Source: an uncultured Clostridia bacterium (GTDB lineage Bacteria; Bacillota; Clostridia; Christensenellales; UBA1242). Taken from it: a stretch of DNA of 64,000 nt. The translations under genes and the position numbers were made by a program. The stretch covers positions 13,598-77,597 of the forward strand of contig CALWMK010000001.1 in NCBI GenBank assembly GCA_944381825.1, in the 5' to 3' direction. Shown here piece after piece: positions 11,801 through 23,800 of the stretch. Each line of letters begins with the position of its first letter. Position 1 is the first letter of the stretch. A model generated the notes under the pieces. It did not search any database, was not told the DNA's origin, and saw only the letters and a program-made list of their open reading frames with translations.

Positions 11801-14800
11801 CGCATCATAATTAAACGCATAAATAGTACCGTTTGGAGCATTTATTGTACCGCCTGAATAACTGTTTGCAATAAATCCATAATTAACAGCAACAAAACCC
11901 GAGGTAATAGATTCATTAATTTCTAGTTTACCATTCTCTTCAACTTTGGTTGTTTTTGCAATATTGACTAATTCAATTTCGGTAAGACAATCACTTATCA
12001 AGCCAGTATTTATACCTACAAGTCCTCCAAAATATTGTGAATTTGCAAAAATTTTTGCTCTTGAATCAAGTTTTGCATCTATATCTGAAAATTCATTAGG
12101 TTGTCCTTTAATGGCACAAGCGAAAACAATTCCATTGTTAACAGCTGAAAGAGGAGCATAAATGTTTTTATATTCAGCAATAAGAACCTCTTTTTCATCT
12201 CTAACTTGAAATTTTTCATAAGAATCTGGCATGTAAATTTGAGAAGGAACAAGAATTGAAATTCCAGAAACAAAACTATTTTGCGGTATTTCATCAAAAA
12301 TTCTTCCTTCCTTGTTTGATATGGCAATTGTTTTTCCATCACCAATTAAGGCAAAATTTTTATTGTTAATATTTAAACTATTATCTACATAATTTATATC
12401 TTCCACCAATCTATAGTAAATTTTCTTACCTGAAGCCAATGAATTTGATTCGTCTTTTATATCAGTTAAATCAATGAAATTAGTTAGTTCAAAAGGTTTA
12501 AGTTTGTGTCCAAATTTATCTGATCCATTATTGATTTCGCCATTGATTAGTTCTTCTGCATTTAATATTCTTTCTAAAATGCTACTATAGCTCAAATTGG
12601 TAGATAATTTAGTATTCCCATTTTCAAAATGTTCATTTAAATAAGAATCTGTGCAAAGGGTAATTTGAGAACAATAAAAATTTTCAAAAGAATTAATTCC
12701 ATAAGCACCATTTGCGACCAATGCTTTAACATGATTTTTTGTTGTTGTAGGAATCTGAAGTTGTTCAATTGTTGTTAAAACAATGTTATTCTGCAAGTTG
12801 GTGTTTGCTGTACCCTGTCCAACAAGCCCTCCAGCATATACTTCTACATTTTCAATAGAATTTACTTTTTGAATTATATTTCCATATGCAATATTATTAT
12901 TTAAAGAAATGCTTTTTCCTGAAACAGTATCTGATTCTCCAATAAAACCAAAACAATATCCTAAAATTCCACCAAGATTGTATTCCATATTTTTGAAAGT
13001 ATTAAATTCTAAGTCATTGCCAAAATATGATTCGCTTATTTCTAAAATATTCAAATCTGTTTTTCTAGATTGAACATTAGCTATAGCACCACCAAAATTA
13101 ACATTTCCATTAAAATTTGTTAAATCAAAATTTAAATAAGAATAACTTTTAGTGATTTTTGACCTAGAAGAGGTTTGTTCTTCAATATAATCAAATTTGC
13201 CAATAAATCCACCAAAATTTCCCCCAACTAAATTTGTTGATTTTATTTCAAACTTTAAGTTTTTAGAAATAATTACGCCATCAATATTTAAATTTTTTCT
13301 TGCATATCCAATCACACCACCAACATTTGTTTCTTTTATAGAAGAAATTTGACAAGCATTATCTGCCGACACTTGAACATTTGATGCTGTGAAACTACCT
13401 TCTGTAGAAGCAATTATTCCACCCAAGTTACTGATTCCTGTTGTTCCTGTATCAGAATAAATTATGTTATTATATATATTAAAATTATAATTTTTATTAT
13501 TATTTTTAATTGAAAAAGAATTTTTAGCCAAACCGACTATTCCACCTATGTTGCTATTTTTAAATGCACCAGCAACATTTAAACTGCATTTTCCTATGTC
13601 AGTAAAACCATTAATATTAAAACTTGTAGCAGAAATAATACCTGCCAAACTACCAATATTAATATTTTGCTCAATTTTATCATTTAAGGCATTATTAGCC
13701 ACAAAAATCATAACCTCGCCATTTATAATAAAATTGCTATCTTTTTCATTGTCTTTGATTTCATAGTCAAATTTAACAATTCCACCTTCTGCACAACCAA
13801 CAATAAGCCCACTATTTACTGTAGTGTTGTTTGATTGTAAATTTGTAGGATTAACATTTATGCCGTAATTTTTAAAGTCATTTGTAATAATTACATTTTT
13901 AATATTAGTTGTTCTAAATCCACTCACTTTTGCAACTACAAGAGCCGAATTTAAGTTTTCCACATTTGAGTCTTTGAAAGAACTTTGGGAAACCATATCT
14001 CTTCCCAAAAAATTATTGATGTCAATTGTGTCAAACAAACTATTTTCAGCATCACCAACAACTAGTGCTGCATTAGAATTAATGGTGTTAATATAACAAT
14101 TTTCTATGATTAAGTTCCTAAATACCACACCTTGTGCTGAGTTAACAAGAATTGCAGATGCCTTTGTAGAAGTTGTGTCGTCGTAGTTATTTACATGACA
14201 ATCAAGCAAAATAAAGTCACTAAATACAGCTCCATTTGATGCATTTGTTATTAAAGCATCTGATAAATTTAAATTTTTAAGTCCAAACAGAGGTTTTCCG
14301 TCTTGAGGATATGTTGTGCTACTTCTATCTGGCATATATCCCTTTAAAACACCTCTAAAATTTTTGATATCGAGTTGTTCTATATCACTACAATCCACAT
14401 AAACTTTTTCTCCATTTTCAGAAAGTCCAGTTCCTATAATGATAAATGTTTTATCAGGATATTTTTCCATAAGATATAAATCACTTGATGTTCTAATATA
14501 GTAAACCGAACTAGAAACTGTGAATACAATTTTAGGCAATAACCAATTTGTTTTTCTCTCCCATTTTTCTAAATCCCAATTATTATTTCTAAAAGCAACA
14601 TCAATATAATTTCCATCTACTGAAGGATTGGTTATGCTATTAAATGATTCCAATTTGCTATTAATAGTTTTTATGTTATTGTTATTTGTTTTTAAATAAA
14701 CCGAGCGCTTTGGCTCATAAGTTTTTTGGTCTACTGTAAAGCTACTAATAACATAGTTTAATATTTTATTTCTTTCACTTTCGTTGGCATTATCTTCAGT

Positions 14801-17800
14801 TAAAGACATTAAAGCCACCGATTTATCGTATTCATCAGCTCTAACAATAGTACCATTATAAAATGTTGAAGCATAAAAATCATAGATATTTTTTAAGTTA
14901 TAAATGTTACCGTTTAATTCAAAATCATTATCTTCATATTCTCTATTAAAGAAATTAACAGCATTTGCTCCATTGATAATAATTGTTGCTATTGAATTTT
15001 CTTCATTTATTGACTCTCCAATATACTCAACAAAACCAAAAAGTCCACCTACTAAACCATCTGCCTTAGTTGAATAAACATCACCAAAAGCATAAACTTG
15101 ATCAAAATAGTTCCTTCCTAAATTTTTAGGTGAATTTGTTGAATAGAAATAGTCACCTATACCTCCAATAAGTCCGCCAACAAAAGCCGCATTAGAATAG
15201 ACATTAATTTTACTATAAGAATTAGAAATATTTCCACTAAATGTTTGTCCAATTAAACCACCTACAAAAATAGGAGAATAATTTTCATTAGCAGAAGTAG
15301 AAAACAAATCCATGTAGCCCTTATTATCAGAAACTTTGTTGTAATAAGCAGAAACATTGTTTTCAATTAAATCTTGAATTTCTGAACTGTGTTCAATTTT
15401 AGATTGTGTCACATCACCATAATTTTCACCAATCAAACCACCAGCTGCAAATTTGTAGGCAGTAATTTTTTGATTAAAATTATTCCCAGTTCTTGAAACT
15501 TCAACAGACAAATCTCTACACGCACTATTTAATCCCAAATAACCAAGCACTCCGCCAGCTGTTGCTCCTTTAACTTGGAAACTGCCCAATGTTTTCAAAG
15601 AAGCAATATTAGAAAAACTCATAATTCTATCGGCAGAATAAACTATGTCAGCAAAAAAGTCTGGTGTATAAATGTCTACTATTCCAGCAATTCCTCCAGC
15701 ATAACTAAGAGCATTATTGTCAATTTGTGAATTTTCAGCAAATCTTATATATGGTTGTCTTTCTATATTCTCGTTATAAAAATCTGCAGTAACTACAATG
15801 TCTGAAACAGATAAATTTATTAATGAGGAATTTCCTTTAACAAAACCTACTATTCCACCAACGACATTTTGTCCAAGTACATTTCCAGTTGTTCCATAAA
15901 CCGCTGAAAGTTTAATATTTACAATTTTACTATCACTAAGAATACCAGCAACAGCACCAACATTTTGAATGTTCCCAGCATTTATTCCTATTAAAGTTAT
16001 ATTCGTATTCTTGAAAATCGCATTATTTTCAATTTTTGAAAACAATCCAAAACTTTGTTGTTGTAAATTCGCTGGAGCAGCCAATTCTAAGTTATCAATG
16101 GTCATATTGTTTCCTTCAAAAACCCCACCATATAAGGACATATTTGAAGAAGAAAGTTTATATTCTTCTTGCTCCTCAACAAGTTCTGAAAGGTCAATAT
16201 CATTTATCATTCTATAGTTGCCAAAAACGGTGTTATTTGACAAATTATAATATTCTTTTATTGCAGAAGAATTACTCTTGCCAAAGACTTCATTAAACTC
16301 ACTAGCATTTCTAATTAGAATTGGATTTTTAGAAGAACCATATTCATATCCCTCTTCATAAACAAACATAAAATCATTGCCATCATCAGCAGTTAAAATA
16401 TATCTAGATGAAACTGCGATTTCATTTGCTGAAATAAGCTCTGGTCCTCTTGAAGAAGTCATAGTCCAAACACCATCTTGAGAGTTGACCGACGCAAAGG
16501 AAAAACCATAAAAAATATCTGACGAAACAAGTGTGTCTACTCTTAGAACACCGGAAGAATAGGTTTCCTCCATATCTGAAGTAATTGAATCTGAAGATTT
16601 TGGATTGTAATAATAACTGTTAGTAATTGTGCCAGTGTTCAATAAATTACCATAGTCATCAACACCATTGAAATCCATTTGAGTTGTTTTACTGTTTTCA
16701 ATTAGTGAGGAAGAATAGCATTGTTCTATATTTCCGCTATTAACATAAACAAATCCAGCACTATTTCTTCCACTAGTATTTGAAACATCTTTAAGCATTA
16801 TATTGCTGTAGCAATTTGAAATTTTTGAATTGTTATTATAAACAAAGCCTGCACCAATGCTGTTTGTCGAAATTGCTGTTCCCGTCGTTTTTAACTCTTG
16901 ATAATCTGCATATGCTCCTTTTGAGTAGGAAAGTGAAATTTCCCCGCTAGTATTAAATCCAACAAATCCTGCTGAAATAGTGTTTAAGCCTGCCGCTGAA
17001 TCATTTTTTATGTCAATTTTATTAGTAAATGAACTTGATATTTTACCATTATTTGAATAAACAAAACCTACAATATTACCTTGCGCACTTAAAGTAAAAT
17101 TATTAAGTTCGTGCATGCCTTGTGAAAGTGAACTAACTGATGTGGCACGAGCCACCTCGAACTCTTCGCCTCCAACTCTACTGTTTGTTATAACACCATT
17201 ATTGTTTATAACAAATCCAGCAAGAGTACTAGAAACCTCACCTCCAATTTGCCCTATGTTATAGGCTAAACTCAAACCAACAGCACCTATTGGGCTTGGC
17301 AAATTTGAATTTGTTTCAATCGCCAAAACATGACAATTTGTAATAATTCCCGCATTAGAAATTGCAAAACCTGCAAGTTCAACAGTTTTAAACACTGATG
17401 TGTCGACAACTAAATTATTTAAATGATAATAATTTACTGTAATATTTTTAAGGATAGAATTTGATGTCACAGAAGAAAACAATGCAAGTTGAATAGAACT
17501 TCCCTGTCTTTGAGTTAAATCAAAGCTTCTTATTGTTATTACTCGGTTATTTCCATCAAAACTATTGATTTTGCTTGTATCAAAAGGAGTATGTAATGTG
17601 AGTTCAAGATCATTCATTAAAATATAGTCTTGAGCTTGTGCCTCGTTTGCTATTGCATAAAAATCTTCTGCTGTGCTAATTTGTACTGGTTTGTCTTCAT
17701 CTGTATAAGTTGTTATGCTAATTGTAAAATTGTATGTAATTTCATGTTTGTTTCCGTCTGGTGTCAAATATGCAAATACAAATTTCATATTTTGTTCACC

Positions 17801-20800
17801 TGTAGAGAAAGCTTTAATTTTTAAATTAGTTCCAAAAATTGTATCACTTGAAACACCATTTCCAGAAAAAATGAAGTTAAAATATGGATTTGCAATAATA
17901 CTTCCGTCCGAACTTAAAACCTTTGTTGAAGAGCCATCAGCATTGACATAATATAAATTATTTAAAAAGTTTTTATAATTAATATTTGCATCATCCTCAT
18001 GATAATTTAAAATATAATATTTATTAGAATAAGGAATTTCCTCTCTTAATAAATAATTATGTTCTTTAAAAGTTGCAACTAATCTATTTAAAGAATCAAT
18101 AGATTCAAGAATATTGTCATCCACAATGTTTTGCCCATTCCACATTGTGGTTTCAAAATTGAAGTCTAAGCCTTTTTCTATTCCAACATAGGCAGATAAA
18201 ACATCTGAATTATTATCAAGTGTTATGTTTTCAATCAAAAAATCCACCACAACAATTTTAACACTTGTAGAAACTTCAACCAATGTTCCATCAACCACTT
18301 TTGAAGCGACAGCTTTTACATAGAAAATTGGTTCCTGCATATTTATGAATCTTACATCTTCAGAAACAAATAATTTGCATGTATAAACTTTGACATTTCT
18401 ACTATCGTCAATGATGCTTGTCATTTCTCCTAATGAAATGCCATAAAGTTCTCCTTCCCCTTCCACAAATGTAGTTAAACTCGAGATTTCTTGGTCTTTT
18501 TGAACGATAGCTTGAAGAGTTGCACTTGTGCCTTTTGCCATTACAATTTGTTCTTCATCATTTATTGTTAGTTTAGCTTCAATAATTGGTCTACAAACAA
18601 CATTAAATGTAGATTCTTTTACAATATCACCAGAAGATTTTACAACTTTAGCAGTAATTGTAAAGATTGTATCAATGTTTATCATTGAAGGAATTGTCAT
18701 TAAAACAAAATATTCTCCTATGCTCGAATAGCCAAAATTTTGTTTTAAAATTCTAATTCCATTATCAATTCTTACAAACCCAATAGTATCTCTTAGATAT
18801 CCTTCATTATTGGCTTTCAAAAGTTGCAAATATATATTATTAGAATCAACAGAATTGCTTGTAATTTCAATATATTCGAAGTTGGCTTGATGTGGGTAAA
18901 TGTTTATTTTTAATAGATTACTCTGTCCTGGAGAAACCACATTATTTGGTTCTTGATTAAAAATATAACCACTCTCTTTTTCCCAATTTTTGTAAGTATG
19001 ACTAGAAAAGCTTATTTTTTCTACAAAAAGCGAATCTAAAATAAGTTTTACATCGTCACATACTTCTTTTACACTGCTTGCAGAAACATTTATGTTGAGT
19101 TCCAAACTGCCAAAGTCTAAAGACCAAAATTCTTGTAACATTTTTAATCTTGTCTGTAAAGTAATTTTATAATATTGGTAATTGTCTAGTTCATTATAAT
19201 TCTTGACAACCCAAATTCCATTTTCTAAAACTTCGTATTTTTTTACTACAGAAGAGATTTCACCATTTTGTCCTTCAAACATTGCATTATAGGAGGTGTC
19301 ATAGTTAAGCATAGAAGAGTTGTATTTATCGGTAATTAAAATATTTAAAAAGTCATCTTTATCATCGGTATAAAGCACACTTTCAAAAATTATTTCATCT
19401 TTTGGTGTAAAATGACTAAAATCACTATAGTTTATGTCAATTGAATCGGCACCTTTGAAAGTCGAAACTGTAAAATAATGTGAAAAGTTTTGCGTTAACA
19501 AATCATTAACAGAGTCTTCTTTGTCCTCACACAAAATATTGACATCGAATCTAATAGAAGATTTTTCAAAACTAGTTGTATCAATAACATGTTGATTTGC
19601 ATTTGAAATAACATATTTTTTAACATTATCGTCAAATTTTATTTGTAATGACTTGTTTTGTTTTAGTTTAATAACTTTACCAAGAGCAATTTTTTGGTCA
19701 TCTAAACTTGTAAGAATATAATCTGTTGAATTCTTTTTAATTCTCAATGTGGAATTATCGTTAAGTTTTTCGCCATTATAAATAATTTCAAAATTTGAAA
19801 TGTTATAAATTACCTCAATTTCATATTCGGTTTTCAAACTAAAGTCGTATTTAGAAAAGACCGAAATTTTAACCTTACCAACTTTTTCTAAAATTAAGGA
19901 GTTATTTGTAATTGTTAAAACATTTGCATCACCACTTGTAACAGAAACTCTTATTCCATTAGCATTTTCAACTCCAAATAATTTTGTAAATGGAATTGTA
20001 TTCCAGCTTCTAATCACCGCATCTTCACTTGCAGTTGTTGTAATATTATCCTCTTTTTCAAAGAACATAAAAATTGCCAATTTGTTATTTTCATCAACTA
20101 GCACTTGTCCCGATTTAGATAATTTTAACGAAACCAACTCGTTTGCATCATTTTGTGAAATAGTTGAAAGATAAGGATATCCATCATTTTTATTTGCACT
20201 TACTTTCCAAATAGAATTAGAACCAATATTAATTTTGCCATTATAGAAACTTGCGAAATCGCTTTGGAAAATATTTCTTCCTTCACTATAATATTTTTTT
20301 TCATTATTGATAAACTTGTAGTTTTGAGTGTCTATTTTCACTTCAAAAATATAACAATTTTGGATATTCTGTGCTGAAACCGAACCATCATTGCCCCATG
20401 ATTCATCTGTTAAATTTCCAACATTGGTTTTGGCAAAACAATTGAAGATTTTACCCTTATTTTCTCCAGTTAAAGCACCAACCTCTGTTCCAACTAAACA
20501 ATCTTGATCATGATAATTATAACAATAAGAATTTGATAAAGTGGCTTTTTCACCATTTATTCCGACTAACCCTCCAACAATTTCACCTTTAATAGATGAA
20601 GCTAAGGTGTCATTAAATTTATAAAATTCTACCTGACATAAATTTATTACTCCATTATTTTCACCAGCAATTCCACCTACAATTCCAGAAGAATCTATTT
20701 GACCAAAAAAACAACTCTGAACAATGGTTCCATTATTTTTTGCAACCAAACCACCAACTAGAACATCAACATTATTGGAAATTTTGCTTGGCTCAAACTC

Positions 20801-23800
20801 ATTATTTTTTAAAAAGGTATCAACAATAACATTGTTAATTTCTCCATAGTTTGAATTTGCGACAAATGCTTGTCCGCTGATTTGCCCCATGACGATTAAG
20901 TCTTGAATAATCGCATTAGAAGCCAAAATATCAAATATTGTTTTTGTTGTTGTTATAGTTTTTGGAGATTGTCCTTCTAAACAGCCATAAAGTCCTCCAC
21001 TAAAAGCCCTGGTTTGCCATGTCGCAGGAATTTCTACATCTTGCATTAAAGTATAATGTAGTGTGGTATCCTTAATTTCATTTAGGTCATTAATTCTAAT
21101 AGAAGTAGTCCTTGATTTTCCATCTGCAACAACTATTCTTATTTTTTTAGACACACCCAATTTATCTTCTAAAACTGGTTGACCTTTTTCGTCAGATACA
21201 TAAGCATCTTGAGGCGCAACAATAATATATCCCGCCCCTCCATGATTTGCCTTAATTAATCCAGTAAAACTGTCAATTGTAATAAAATCAGAAGATGTAG
21301 AAAGATCGGAAACAAAACCAAACATTAAATTTTTATTAAAAGCAGATAGATTTTCTATACTTGCGTCAATCTTAAAAGTAGAGTTTTGAGTTAATTCTAA
21401 ATAAATTCCCTCTTCCTCGTTGACATTGTTTAAATTTATCCCATTAACCCTTTCTGCACTTTTTAAAAAAACTCTTACAGTCACATATTTTTTAACACCA
21501 AATTCATCTACGATAAAGGTAAAATGACCATCATTGCCATAAGTTCTTGTTTCATCTTTCTTACTAATCATAGAATTGGCTACAACTGAAAGAATTCCAC
21601 TATTTTGATCAAAATTCCAAGAAAAATAATCGCCATTATCACCAAGATCACCATCTTTACATTCAATGGTGTTATAAGTTGCTGGTAATTTATTTTCATT
21701 TACAGAAATTTTAACAGAAGCTTTTGCCAAGTTCTGATTATAATAACCAACAGAGTCTAAGGCAAATAAATCGATAGATGAAACTGATGATGTGAATGAA
21801 ATAACTGGGTTGTATATTTCTACAAAGAAATATTTTTTAACAACCTTATCTTGTAAAGAAGTGTATTGATATAAACCATCTTGTTTTACTAACTCTTTCC
21901 CCTTTAAATTAACCTCAACCCAAATCTTTCCTTCATGCAATGCTGAAAGTTGAGAAAAGATTTGTAAATTGGTTAAATTTAAAAATGAACAATTTTCGCT
22001 ATAATTACCCAAAGCAATTTCATCACCAAAAGTTGAATAGTTTGCATCATCTTTTTCACTTTCTAAAAATCTATAAAAAACTTCAAAGGTTGCATTTTGA
22101 GTGTCAAATGCTATTTCAGATGAATTGCCATTTGTTATTGCTACAGCAAAATCTGAACCAGCAACATTATCATACTTTAAATATCCAATATTATCATTAT
22201 TTTGAGGAGATTGAGTTGTTATTCTAGCATTGTCAGTTATTGGAACTATTAAATTTACTGGTGCATAAATTCTTCTGCCATTTCCGCAAGAAATTTCAAT
22301 AAAACCTACTTGATTTTGTTTTGTTGCTTTTGAAGTTAAATTGACTGCAAAAATCTTTCCAATTATGACATTCTCAGAATCGAGCACTTCTGAAACTGAA
22401 AAAATGTCACTTGTAGTAAAATCACCTTCACTTTCAACAGTAAAGTTTTCTAATTTTACATTTGCAGGCGCAACATAAAAGTAAATGGTTTCAGTGGATT
22501 GTTTTGAATTGTCAATGTAAAATTTTGGCTCAATAATTTCATTATTTTCACCAGCATAAAATTTTAATTCATTTGCTCCTTCATATAAATTTAAAAGAAT
22601 TGAACACTCTATAACTCTTTCAGTCCCAGAATAAAAGTCTGCAGAAAAAGAGGAAGTTATCAAAATCTCTGCTTGTTCTGTTGAAGATTGTTTTGCTCTA
22701 ACATAAAAACCTTGACCATCTTTAATTTCATAGTGTCCGTTTTCATTTTTATTAAATGGCTTACCCTCTTCGTTTAATATTTCTATTTTATCTAGGTCTT
22801 GAGAACTTAAATATAAAGTTTTATATTTTTCTAAAACAGTTGTAGGAAAAGTTTGCACTTCGATAAATCTGCCATAACTATTAGCATAACTAGAATAAAT
22901 ATCCATTTCTATAGATTGGTTATTTGTAACAGATGTACCATCTACAACTATACTTTTTACAATATCATAGGAAAAGAGTTTAGTTTTAAATTCTTGTGTA
23001 GAATAAAGATAATTATAGCCATCATACTTTAAATCAAAATATAGATAACAATCATCTCCGACTCTATTACCAGAAGCAATTAAAACATCTAGTCTTAAGG
23101 AATTATTTGTTTTTGTATATGTTTTTTTAACTATAGTTGCAAGAGTATCATTAGTAATTTTCGGTTCGATTATGATTTCTTTGTCAGTATATGGAACCTC
23201 CAAACTTACAATCGCTTGTGCAAAATCTTCGTCATTGTGAGCAAGATAAATTGATGGAGTTTCACCTTGTGTCGGCTTTAAATTAATCTCACCTTGGGTT
23301 TGTTCATATGTAAGTTTAAAGTTATCACTTTCAAAATTAAAAGGAGATAAAATATCAAAATCAAGGTTTAAAGGAGCAATGTTTCTGTTTGTAGAAGAAA
23401 CCGAAATTGTGATTGTTTTCAAAGAATTAGCGCTTTCATCATCAACATTTAAATAATAATTTCCATCTACAAATGATAAAGATATGCCTTCGTAATTATT
23501 TAACAAAGCTAACTCCACATCTTTTTGCAAAGTATTTGAGGGATTAAAATTGACATATTTAGAAACATCAATTAAATTATTTTCACCTCTTAAAACATAA
23601 GGTTGAATTGAAAGTTTTTGAGTTAGGCTTGTTATTGGTTGAACAACATCAACATGTATTTTTGTTGAAACATTATTTTCAAGAGTTTGAACTTTAACAT
23701 CTAAAGAACAAGGAACAAGGCCCTTAATTTTTACTTCTGTTTTTCCTTCGCCCAAATAATTCGTTTCAACAATGCTAACCTTATTTGAATCTGGAGAGAA

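Noticed and set aside
7467-22227. About 20 short ORFs of 60-100 aa within the 18-kb gene, including the His-rich 9016-9261 ORF.
   Set aside because: They are antisense or out-of-frame shadows of the giant ORF. The His-rich one is simply the reverse reading of the GGN glycine codons.
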